Shown here piece by piece: positions 25,486 to 37,791 of a stretch of 64,000 nucleotides of DNA. Positions within the stretch are counted from its first letter, which is position 1; every line of letters starts with the position of its first letter. The DNA lies in the NCBI GenBank assembly GCA_028534125.1, contig CM052817.1:82338001-82402000 (forward strand), given 5' to 3'. The notes beneath the pieces were generated by a model that had not been told where the DNA came from, made no database searches, and saw only the letters and a program-made list of their open reading frames with translations. Source of the stretch: Lama glama (lineage: Eukaryota). Position numbers and translations under genes: made by a program.

Positions 25486-27274
25486 AATAAGTGTATTGCT
25501 TTTCATTTGGTGTTGACCAAATCTCTTCAGTTTTTAGAGACATTGAGAAATTTCAGGGGATTTATGGCATTCGCTGCTTTGGTTAACACCAAATTCTTGG
25601 AGCCAGTGTGGTGACTAGCTCCAGGATTTATTCTACAAGTTTGTGAAAAGCCTGATCACACCAGAGACAGAAAATAGAAATGGCTGCTTGAGTTACTAGA
25701 GCAACTCAGTATGGGAGGTACAGTAGAGAAAGAAGAAAGGTGGCCTCCACCATCACTTCAAATAACCCATAACTGAATATGGAAATTCTAGGATGTTTCT
25801 GAGCTTGAGAAAACTCAGATACGTATCTTCAATACCTGACTTTGTTACCGTTTTTTCAACCATGAGAACAAAATAACCTCTCAAAGTAGGTTAGAACCTT
25901 AGAAGAGAGTATCCCTAGGTTTTGCATCTATGTCAAAATTCCAAGCTCATATCTAGCCTCTTAAGTACTTTAGAAAATTCAATTCAATTGAGATTTCTAT
26001 AACTGTACTAGGTTAATGAGCAGAATCTCTGAGTGAAGACAAACTTTGAAAGTTTCATCTAAAACACAAATGCACACACATGATATATATTTGTATATAC
26101 ACATGTATATATGATGAAAAAATAGAAATATAGTCCCTTCATTAACATAATGTATAATTTGTTTGGAAGCTAAAAATAAACTTATTAAATAATTATTATA
26201 CTAAAACAATGTCAGTTGTGATAGCAGTAATTTTGAAGCTATTTATTATTTACCTTTTGCCCCCAACACTTTCTTCAAGTAAATTCTTAACTTAGAAACT
26301 AAACATGTCAAACATAAAGCACAGCTTCTGTGGTTGAAGCACATGTGGAGAAGCAAGGTTCTCCCATGTGAGCAATTCCATCCTTTGTCAAAGCTCCTGA
26401 GAAGCTGAGCAGGGCTCTGGATAGAACAGAGAGTGAAAACCTCTGGCAGAGACTCAGCTCAAGGACTGTAAATAACAGAAACATTATCGTGTATAAGATA
26501 TGCCAGGCAAACTCCACAGTGGTGAGTTTCAATAGGAGCTACAAAATAAATGCAGGATTTAGGTATATTTATTTATTCATTTATTCATGTAGTTTTATAT
26601 TCAGATTAAACGGTTAAGATTGTCAACACAAAATATTCAGTCTGGTAATTATTTACTATTTCCAAGCTCAAGGCAAACATATCAAATCTGTCTTTTTAAA
26701 ATTAACATTTCACAAATTAATTCATTCTGCTCTGTTCAAGAAAATTTAGTAAAGTTAGTTAGAGAGTAGTAACTTTAAATAAAAAGTTTTTTGATTTTTT
26801 TGAAAAATAGTTATGTGCATTTCTCATTAAGAAAGAGGTAAAAGAACTATGGAGTGAAACTGTACTGATATTTTCCATCTTTAAAACAAAAGCACTGTAT
26901 GTACAGATATTTAATAATATGACATGGTTTAAATTGAAAGAAAGCTGGTGAAAATAATCCAAATTATTATCATGAACTAAAATCATTTAATATAATTAAA
27001 GGAGAATGGGAAAACTTAATTTTTGCAATTTGGTATATTCCTTCTAATAATAAAACAACTTTGTTTATACAAAAATGTTACTCATTTATTTCCAGAGTTT
27101 CCTAGAGCAATTGCATTGGAAAAAATAAAATCATAATGCTGGAAAGAAATGAAACAAAAACTGTTACATCTTTATAAAAATTACAGTATTTTTAAAAACA
27201 AAAATAGGGCATATTATTATGTATCTATTTTATAGTGCATTCATTTTATTATTAATACTTCTGATGGTTGAAGT

Positions 27275-27475
27275 ACCTGTTATTGAGAATTTACAAAGAT
27301 CCATGCATTCAGCTAAATCTGGTGCTAAACCTGGTTTATAGATATCATTGCCTTAATTTAATATGTAAATCAACATTTTAAAAAACTGAGTCCCAGAGAA
27401 ATTAAGGAATTTTTCCTAATTTACAAAATCAAAAACTGACAAGGTAACTTTACAAATTCAGGACTCTGGCTTTAA
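27275..27475 (-). mobile_element. MIR SINE (degenerate)
   Basis: aaaactgagtcccagagaaattaaggaatttttcctaatttacaaa. Confidence 0.55.
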
Positions 27476-27929
27476 AACTTTTTTTTTTTCTGGTTTTAAA
27501 TCTTGTGTTCTTAAGAAATCCACAATTCTATATCCTGAACCCATAAAGATCCCATTAAACCCATTAAAGAGCAGTCTTGGAAAGCTTATTGAAACCACTA
27601 ATTTCTACTGAATATGATTAGTAAATAAATAATTTCTTCATAGTGTTCGCCTATTACCTGCTAACAGAAGAATGAGTTTTAAAAGAGATTAAAAAGAAAA
27701 CAGACTAAATCTACACCAGTCTGAATGTTTTTTCCAGATGGGTATATGCAAAGTGAGTAAAATAGAAGTGCCTAGAATACATTCATCCAAGATTGAAGTT
27801 TATGAATTGATTAAAGATTTATGGTAAATGTTACCCATACTTACGTAAATTGATAATTATGCAAATGTTTTCTTCTACTTGATTAGCTTATATTTGTGTA
27901 ATAATTATTTATATTACATAGAATTTAGC

Positions 27930-28100
27930 TTTTTATTCTCAACCCATTTATCTTTGAATTCTCATCACAGCTCCATGAATAGTCCATTGTGATTCTCATT
28001 TTAAAGATGTTCCAGAGAGGTCATTTAATTTGACGGACACCACACAATGACCAAAAGTAGCACTAGGTAGCAAACTGAACCTCTTGATTCCACTCCCTCT
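27930..28100 (-). mobile_element. MIR SINE (degenerate)
   Basis: tctttgaattctcatcacagctccatgaa..ctcattttaaagatg..agagaggtcatttaatttg. Confidence 0.55.
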
Positions 28101-28689
28101 CAGCTGGCTGGCCTTGTATCTTTCTAGGTCTAATACATAATGAGCAGAGTCTAACAATAAATTAATGTGTGTGTTATTTTCACCATTTTTATTTAAAAAC
28201 TTTTACCCACAAAAATTATACACTTGGAGAGTCAAGTTGCCTCTCCAATAGGTAATTTCAGCATTTCAGTAGGGGTAAAGATAATAATCATACTTTCTGA
28301 TTTTGTCCAAAAAAAGTAAATATTTGACTTTAAGATTTCTCATACAGTAGCAATTCAGTTTAATTCTGTGTAAACACTTGGTAATATTTAAGAGATTTTT
28401 AGAGTAATAATTATAGACAATATTACTAATGTAATGCTTATATGGAAATGTTTATTAATATTTATAGTTATGAAGGAAAGATATTCATATTGATATTTAC
28501 TTGAGAAAATGTTATGAATCAACCACAAAAATTCAAAAATCTTGTCCATACATATCATACACTTACCATAAAGTCCACTTGTCCCTAGACTACAATTCAT
28601 ATTGACCATAGTAAAAAAAAAAAACAAAAACAACTAAATATTTGAGTCATGTATTTATTATATAATGACACCTCCATAATTCAGTACTT

Positions 28690-29560
28690 TTAAGATAGAG
28701 GCTGATTTCTCTTTAATAATTCAGTCCTTTCAGTATTCGGTGGTATAGTAACTCTACTCCCAGAGATCATTACAGACATCAGTTTCCTCTATTTTGCTCC
28801 AACATTTCGATGTGCTGGAGGCATCATTTTACAAGTGGTCACATTGTATGGCCATATCCCTGCCAGGCTCTATATTCTAAAAGGCAGGGAGGGAAAAGAG
28901 CATGACTGAACATGTGCCTGATGTTTAAACATAGATCAAATAAAAACCAAAACAAAACAGCAGATAAGATGTCTGCTCATGTTGCATGGATAAGAAGTTA
29001 GCTATATGGCTACACCTGTCTGCAAGGGAAGGTACGTGGCTGCCAGCTGTAACTCTATCACCATGAAACAAAGAGGAAATTGATTTGGGATATACAACTA
29101 CTGGTCTGCCGTGGTCCTCTTTGGTCACTCAAACCTCTGGGCTCATCCCTCCCACAGGTAGACACAGGCACTCCCTCTCCAGAGGAGACAGCTCCATAAT
29201 ACAGCCAGATACTACTCTGACCAAGATTTGGGATTTGAGGGTACTCCCTCAAATTGTACTCCCTATTAATTACAGATAAAGTTTCCTATGGCCTAGTGAG
29301 TCTCAAAAAAAAAAGTTATGTAATTTCTCCCTCCCCAACGTATATATGCACATCTAATAAATACAAATCAGCCACAAGAGAGGATAGTCCTATTAAATCT
29401 TCCATTCAGAAATGGAAATAATTAGAAACACCAAGCAGTCTCTGGCTCCTAAGAATGATAGAATCCTGCTGGGTTAAAATTCCAAAGTAACATCCTTAGC
29501 CCCAACAGGGAAGGATTTCCTTAACTTTGGTAAGAACTACCTTCACTGTTTCAGGAAAAA
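28690..29560 (-). mobile_element. Old MLT1-type MaLR LTR plus adjacent internal sequence
   Basis: atatggctacacctgtctgcaagggaagg..aactctatcaccatg..gaggaaattgatttggg..caactactggtctgcc, followed by MaLR-int-like sequence. Confidence 0.55.
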
Positions 29561-29657
29561 CTGGAAAAATGCCAGTGTGCTATAGCTGTGAAATTAAGGG
29601 CAAGGGAAGAGTTAGATAAACATGGAATGTGCAGTGTCCAACTATAAAGTAATACTG

Positions 29658-29800
29658 AAGGTAACCATATAATTTGTCATCAAACAGGAAGGCATTTGAA
29701 AGTGAAAGGTGATGCTAGAAATAACTAACTGCCCTTAATTGATGTACTAGGAGCATAAGCCAGATTTTTCTGGGCAAACTGCAGTCCATGTTTATTCTGC
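29658..29800. mobile_element. MER81-like hAT-Blackjack MITE
   Basis: aaggtaaccatataatttgtcatcaaacagg..ttgaaagtgaaaggtg..gggcaaactg resembles the recalled MER81. Confidence 0.7.
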
Positions 29801-30552
29801 TTCAAACTAGACAAAATTGTAGCTATAGGAGCTGTGTTTGTAGTTGGATACCTGGTTCCTTGGAGGAAGGTGGATTGTGAATGTAGGGAAGCCTCAGATA
29901 TCCAGGCCTCCCTATCATGTAATCCCACTCTTAACTACTGCCTTCCATTTCAGCTTTGGTGTTGAAGACTATATAGGTCAGCCTTCCAGAACACAGAGAA
30001 GGGAAGAGAATAGGTCATGGCATAGGGAGGAGTCATGAGGGAAGATATTAAAACAATACTTTGGCGGCACAGTCACATTCATCCGCCATGTACTTAGCGG
30101 TTATATGGCTGCATCCACATGTTTTTGCATAGAAAATGAATTCTGTAGTTCACAGCAGTTTCCAGTCTCCAAATGGGCCTCTTCATTTCTTTTAGGTACC
30201 TGCCTACAGGTAACTATATTAGCACCAATAGACATCTGATATTGTGACACCGATATTAAAGAAACAAATAAGTCGGAAGAGTGCAGTCAACAGAAAGAAG
30301 TAAAGAAAGAATGGTTATTAGAGCAAAATCTGGCTGTGTTTATTCAGCACATTCTAGAAAAAAGAGTCATTTAACCAGAAAACTCACATACTTGGCAAGT
30401 ATATCCCTAATATAAAGATAAGCACATTAGATCATCTTAGCCTAAAACTGATACATTTTTTAAATTATATAACTCTTTGCCCTGTATGAAATCACTAAGC
30501 AACTTAGTTTCTAGAGGGAGGGTTGACATTAGTCAAATTGATAAAATTGTCT

Positions 30553-30875
30553 AGTTTAGCACTGTCCAATAGAAATATAATGAGTTTTACATGTGGAATT
30601 TTAAATTTCATAGATGACATTGACAAAAAGAAAAAGGAAGGAGGTAAAATTAATTATGGTTATATATTTATTCCAATATGTAAACAATTATAATCATATA
30701 TTTATTCCAATATGTAAACAGTTAATGGGTTTGGGTTTGGGGTTTTTTTTGGCATTTTTTGTACTATGTGTCTGAAATCCAGTGTGTATTTTTTACTTAT
30801 TGCAAATCTCAATTTGGACTAGCTACATTTTAAGTTCTATGGTATCAGGCTACCATACTGGATAAAGTAGGTCTA
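30553..30875. mobile_element. MER33/MER3-like hAT-Charlie MITE
   Basis: gcactgtccaatagaaatataatg..aattttaaattt..gaaatccagtgtgtatttt..ctcaatttggactagctacattt..ggctaccatactgga. Confidence 0.85.
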
Positions 30876-32647
30876 GTCTATATAAACCCCATCTTTTTTA
30901 TTATAAATTTTAAACTGTGTGCCTGCAAAATCTTGCACATTTGCTTATTAGTCTCTCTGAGTTTAATATAACATGGGTCATAGGTAATACAGAAATTCTG
31001 GGTTCGTGAAGCCAACAACCAGGTCTTATTACCTAGTAACTCCCTCTGTAGATCTACCTGAACTGCCGGCTGATGTCTAAACAGCTTTTTCTCCTCCAAA
31101 GCAATTATTATATCTCTTCACCTAGAATATGCAGATTATCATTGTAAATTTTCTCTTTGAATATTCTCTGAAATTATATTTGACTACTAGTTTGTTTATT
31201 TGAATTATTAATCAAACAGAAAACTGCTATTTTCTCCAAATCCTATGAAAATTTCCATGGGCCCTTCTTTCTTTGCCGTGATGTATCTCTAAAAATGTTA
31301 TGGCTTTGTTCCAGCTGTCTCTTTAACTATCCCAGTTTGTTCTAAAAGTGCCAGGCAAATGTTTAACTCTCTCCTGCCATTGTTCAGAGGCATAGCTCAG
31401 GGCATTGTTTTGCTGCTTTCCTTGTTTAACATTACCATGAAAGGGAAGAGGGTGCTTCCTCCCCACCAGCCTTCTGCTCTGTGTCTTGAAATACTTTGCA
31501 TTATGTCACTGATCCTCAACAAGATCCAGCCTGTTTAAATTAAAGTACTACATGGTATTATCTACATTCTTCTGGTGAATAGCCTGCATTTTACATGCTG
31601 AAATGTCATTCATCTTGCATTATTTACCGCTTATATAAATGGACTCGTTTTCAAGATGCTGTTGAAACAAAAACAACAGAAAAAAGTTCTATTAGGAAAA
31701 GGGGCCCTCTAGCAATTCTTGCTTCACAGTTCATTGCTTCCCACAATCAGTAAGCTGTGGAGTTTACTAAAAGTAATTTAGCTTAATGGTTTGGTAAAAG
31801 GCAGTCCAAATAAGGTGCTATTATGGAATAATGAAAACAGCATTTTTTTCCTGGTCAGTCACTGGAAGAAACTGTGCAGAGATCTTGGAAGGAAACCTGT
31901 GGGCACTTTTCACAGGCCTTTCTCATATAGGCAGCCTGCTGTCCAGGATGAGGGAACCAGGTTCTAGGAAGGGCCTTTGCTACATTGTGAGAACTGTCAT
32001 GTATTACGGATCACCAGATCTGGGGGTCCAAAAAGCTTCATAAGTCCCACTTTGGTGACTCAGTAAATTGTTAATGATTTTGCAAGTCAACAGATGTATG
32101 TATGTAAAATCTGGGCCAAATCTAGACTCAAATATAAGCTGAATAAAAAACTAAAGTAGTCTAGAAAGCTGTGGAATTCCAGAGGAGGCAAAGACTGTAA
32201 ACAATAGATCATGTAAGCAGGATTTTATTGAACTTGAAGAAATATATTTATTTGAAGTAAATCCAGTTTTGTGTCCACTTGCTTTTACACTGATGTAAAA
32301 TGGATCGCTCTCATCTTCATGATTTAAACATGATCAGCTACTTATGGAAACAAGGATAAAGCACTTGATATCACCTATGTCATCTAGTAATAAAAGTGCC
32401 TCAAAGTAGTCCTGTCTTTGTAATACAGAATATAATTGAGTTAAATCAAGTATCAGGAATAATATACTCTTATCAAAGGAAATTCAATCATTGGTTTGAT
32501 GAAAATGTAGACAACATTATATGATTATGCTGACATGTTTCTTTTTTTCTTTCATAAGCCTGAATCTCTGTCGAGTCCATTACCTTTGGCCTGATAATTA
32601 AGAGCTTCCAACTATGGACTGTACTTCCTTCTTCTTTGTCTCTCTAG

Positions 32648-32665
32648 GCGTTGCACTGGGCAGCA
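32648..32665 (+). other. Candidate 18-nt microexon (22 nt if the second donor is used)
   Basis: Strong acceptor cttccttcttctttgtctctctag| followed by GCGTTGCACTGGGCAGCA and tandem GTGGGT donors, in non-repeat flanks. No transcript evidence. Confidence 0.35.
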
Positions 32666-34559
32666 GTGGGTGGGTCTCTCATTTAATTAGAACTACTGCT
32701 TACAGATATGATTGCCTGCAGTGCACTCCATAGTCTTTTCTCTCTTGCACACACTCACTCTCTTTCTTTCTTTGACTTTTCCAACTTAAAAAAAAAAAAG
32801 AGGTTTACTCAAGCCATATGTTGGAAACCAACACTAAGCAAAATTCATCTACCAAGCTTGAGGGGGATTTGTGCACCCTCAGCTATAGCTGTCTAGAGAC
32901 ACTTACAACCCCAGCCACTTACTTCTAATATTCTTTTTCCAGAGAAGGAAGAGAAGTCTTCCTTTTCTACTGTCTAGCTTTTCCAAAGGAGACTCTACAT
33001 AAAAGGGATTGGAGTCTCTAGAGACGAAGTTTCATCAATGTATCATGTATCCATCTTTTCTAGGTTTGCACAGGAAATCTCATGGCTAGGAAACAAGTGC
33101 TTGTGGACCAGGGTTAAGGTAGGAAAAGTTTCCATCTTATACTGAATTTGAAATCACTTTTTTCTAAACTTCTGGACTTTAGCCTCAAGTCTGCCTCAGA
33201 GTGCCAAACTTTTTTTTTTGAACATTTATAATAGTTTTTCTATATAATTCCTTTCTCTTCAGGCAGATTTTTCCCCCATTTTTTCCCGTTGAAATCCAAA
33301 TTATGGACAGGGTTCAAATTCTTCGTCTTGATGGCTCATGAAATGTAGCTGGACAACTTTTAAATGTTAACTAGATTTAGGTGTGATGTTTACTTGCTGG
33401 GTCCATACAGAGTTACTCAAAAAGGACATGAGATCTGACTTAGCCAAAACATTTTATGACATCAAATTGCTGTAAATGGAATTTAGACACAAGTGCCTAT
33501 TTTGATGACATTATCTTTAGTAAAGTATGCTTATCAAAACAAATCTGTATATTTTTATCATAATTTAAAGTGCTCAGCTACTTTGTGTGTAGAAAGTTAA
33601 CTATTTTGGCTGAATAAAGAGATATTATACTTAATAATACACTTCTCATGCCTCTTCTTAGCGGTGATTAAATTTACCAGATGGTTAGATTTATGGGGGT
33701 GAACGTGGATAAGTCACTGAGACAATAAATCCCTTGGTGGAGCACAGGGTGATCCTGACTGTAATTGCTAGGTGAAAGTCTGACTTATCTGAGAACTGTG
33801 CTGAAAAATATGCTACCAATGATTTTATGTTAACCAGCATCTCAGATTGAAGGACCGCGCCTAAAAAGTACTGATCTTTATAAGCACATACCCATAACTA
33901 GATATCCTACTTCGGCCTCAAATATGGTTAGAATCAATGCTATGAGAACATACACACTGTCACGATTCCCTTAGGTATAATTACCTAGTGCCTACTCTAG
34001 CAGAGGTATCGTACTGACCAGCAAGCAAGCGGGCTCCTCTTGTAACCAGCAGAAAGCAGGACGATGCTCTGTCACTACCTTACCTGTGAGCAGCTATTTT
34101 TTGCTCTTAATGTCCTGACATACTCACCTTTGCCCTTCTTGTTCCTTGAAATCTGGTTACTTTTCTACATTCTCATTTCCATGACTTCTGTTTATTACAG
34201 ACAACTGTTAATTACCCAGTGTGCAGTTTTTCCTTGTTCTCCTAACTTATACTAAATGATTTCAATATCCTCTGTGTATAAACCACTTAATGCTATTGAT
34301 TAACCAGTGGTGTAACAAAATTAGGCTTCCGATCTTAACTAGTAGTGTAACAAAACTGTCTGGAAAGTTTTATAAAGAAAACAGGATTGGGTCAAACTCA
34401 GTTGCACATAGTAAAAATAAAAGTAAATTTTCATCTCTCTCACGTGGCCCAGATTCATTACTAAAGTCATACTTCGTGGAATACTTTATAAATATTATAG
34501 GATATATGTGCTTTCATTTTCCTAAAATTGGGGTCATATTTTTTGTTCATTAGGATTTT

Positions 34560-36900
34560 TCTACCCAGTACATTGTTTTTCCCTTTATAATGCTTTCTAC
34601 GGATCTCACCACATTAGATCTGATTTATTATTTTTTACCTGTATGTAATTTACGTATAATATATTTAACCTATCTTCTGTTGATGGAAGATTAAATTGTT
34701 CTAAGACTAGGTTACTATAAACAGTGCTACAACAAATATCTTTGCCTATCTTTACACAATTGTGTTAATATTTTTCTAGTGTAAATCCTAGAAGTGGAAT
34801 TTCTGAGTTTAAGAGCTTATACAAGTTTACGTTGAACAGATCCAGCCAAATTTCCTGCCAAAGTGGAATGACTTTTTGCACTCTGTCAGCAATATGACAG
34901 TGTCTGTTGCTCCCAGCCTTGGCCAAAAATAGGCATCATCACACTTTTTAAACTTTACTAAACTTACAGGAAATATATACTCTCTAACTGGACTTTTCAT
35001 TTGTATTTCTTTGCTTTTGAGTAAGGTTGAGAATTTCTTTCTCTGTTTATCAGCATTTTTATGTACTTTGTTGTCCATATCTTTTGATAATTGGACTATT
35101 GAATTTGTAGCCTTTCTTCTTACTGATTTGTAAAACATTACATAACCACATTAGTGATTTGTCATGTCTTGCCAATTTCACTTCTCAAAAATTGAATGAA
35201 TCATTTAACATTCTATGCATATTTTTGTTTAAAGTGGTAACTCTTCGGACCTTTCCTATGGCTTCTGTGTTCTGTGCCATACAGGAAAAGTCTTAACTTT
35301 TCAATAATTCTTTATGGTTTCTTCTGGGCCTTTTATTTTTTGCCAAAATTTTATTATGTACTTTATCCATTTAGGTTTTATTTTGGCTTAACAGATTAAG
35401 TTTTTTTTTAAGCATCTTACTATGAAAATTTTCAAACATATAGAAAATGCTTAAGAAATTTACAGCAATATACCCATCACTAGGGTTCTACAATTACATT
35501 TTAACTATTTTAGTTTCATCACATCTTTCTATCCATCATTTTTGAGACAGGTATGTAACATTAACTTGTAAAAATATAATATTACAGGTATTGTTTCTGA
35601 TTTTGCCATCTTATAATTTCCATTTGATATTTTATCATTGTTTTCTACCTTTTGCTGGAAACTATTTGTTATGTAAATATCTGGCTTTAGAAGGTATACA
35701 TACATAGAAGTATAAATACTCTTCAAAACTCTCAATAATATTCTTAAAACTTGTGTATCCCAATGTACCAATTTTAACTAATTAAAAAATAACTCTTCAC
35801 TATGAAAAAGGAGAAAATTTGAAAACCTGTATCTCAACCTACCTTTGTTTGTCATTTTTATTCCAAATTTAACTTACGTAGTTTTGCAACATTTTCGATT
35901 TTTAAAAATAATTCCCTCTATTGTTTAGTTTTTAATTAATGGTAGTGAGTGCTCCCTACCTTTAAAAAATAGTTTACTTCTTCATTTTGATTTTTTTCCC
36001 ATTGGCTGAATATTCTTGCCTAATACTTTGTCTAACTGTTTTAATAGTTTTTCCAAGACTAATTTATTGGGTTACGGTCTATGAGTTCTTACATGTTTGA
36101 GAACCTAAACACTTATCAAATTTCTTCATCCCAAAACGTTACAGAAACACTCCTGTTAGCGAACAGTGCTCTGGAAGTCTGAAGTCCTTATTTCTCTCTC
36201 TTGTAGATGCCTTTACATCTTGAATGAAGAATTTGTTGTCGTCATTGTCTTGAAGTTCATAACACTTATCAAAATATAAATGTGTGAGGATTTTTTATTA
36301 ATGACCTTGCCCCCCAGTACAAATTGTACATTCTGACTTACAAATTCTATTTGTTATTTAAGAAAGCAAGTCTTTCTATAGCTTAGCTTTTTCTTTAACT
36401 CAGTTGTCTTATCTAGAAATGCAGTTATAAACACTAGATCTTTTTAAACTTTTGTACCTATCATCTTTGTGCTTTTATTTCTTAATTCTTTTCAGCTTCA
36501 TTTAATACGACTTCTCTTACCCATGCCCTGACTCAATTTTCAATAGAACCTATCTTTTCCCTCTAATGTAAGCATTACTTTGAAATGATTTAATTCTACT
36601 ACAGATTTTCTCCAAGCTCTGTTCACTCCTTTTTTAATCCCTTTTGGTGGGGATAATTATCTCTTCTTTCATTAATCATGTCTCATTTTTTTGAGCTCCT
36701 CTAAAATAATTCATATACTGCTTACTTTGAGATTATGAAGAAGTATTTTTCTCTGATAGTTTCCAAGGCAATTCTTCTAATTGAAATTCTTCGTTGTATT
36801 TTGTTATGCTTTGTCTTGTCTCTATCTTTTTTTTTTCTTTTCATTTTAATGTTTCAGGAACACTATGTGGGTTGCTTTTTTTTTTTTTTCATTTTTAGTT
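34560..36900 (-). mobile_element. Cluster of very old L1 (L1ME/L1MC, possibly HAL1) fragments
   Basis: T-rich antisense L1 text: aacagtgctacaacaaatatc..cctagaagtggaatttctg..ttcatttgtatttctttg..aggttgagaatttc. The minus ORF at 34827-35138 (STLLKSKEIQMK) is a decayed ORF2 C-terminus. Confidence 0.65.
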
Positions 36901-37761
36901 AGTTCTCTTCTCCAAATTGAGATCGTTTTAATGGAGCCAACTGATGCTGAAGAGCAGAGTGGGAGTACATTGGGCAGATGGAGATTTGGGCAGCAGTTTG
37001 CACTTTTATCATCCCATGTTCACCTGCCATACTTTGTCATCCTTGAAAGTTGAACTCACATTTAGATGGGGCATGATTTGAAAGCAGAGGTCATTCATAT
37101 TTATCTTATTGTATTCTCAAGTTTTAAACCAGTCTCATTAATTGTGCATTAAATAAATTGGTCACATTGATAACCTAGCTCTGAACTCACTAAATCTTTG
37201 ATTCCCAGCTAGCAATTTCACCTTTTGGCACATTCCTGGCTTTCCTTGAAACCTGGCTCCTCATAAATCTATCTGGACACATTTTTATCATTATCTCATT
37301 TTGACCATGCCAATTAGAAACTCACGATAATTATAAATGTCCCTAAGTAAACATGGATACAACAAATTAGGGTGTAGTATAATCAATATAATATAAGAAA
37401 AAAGGCTTAATATGCCATAAATATACCAATATGTTACCAATAATTATCTCTAAATTGAGAGATTAAAGATACTTTTTAATTCTAACAATTAAATTTTATG
37501 ATTTTTCTCCATACAGGTTTATTATTTTATTATCAAAAATAAACCACATCTATTTTAAAAGTACTTTTCTGTGAATTGAGTTCTCCTCTCCTTTTTTTAA
37601 TTGCCTGAAAATTATTTCATATAAATTTCTATTATTAGAGACATGGGAATTAGTAGACAAGAATTTCAAACTTTTCAAATGTTATTGGTATAAACTTTAT
37701 TTAATTTATATTTTCTCATTCATCCTTGGTCAGTTTCGTTGCTTCTTTTAAGAATTTTTCA

Positions 37762-37791
37762 GTTTTTTTTCCTTTATCTTTCTAGGTAAGT
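37762..37791 (+). other. Juxtaposed 3'/5' splice consensus (recursive-splice-site-like motif)
   Basis: ttttttttcctttatctttctAG|GTAAGT, with AG at 37784-37785 and GT at 37786-37787. Confidence 0.4.

Noticed and set aside
32648..32671. ALHWAA read as part of an ankyrin-repeat gene
   Set aside because: Only six residues, the flanking frame does not continue an ankyrin repeat, and no partner exons were found.
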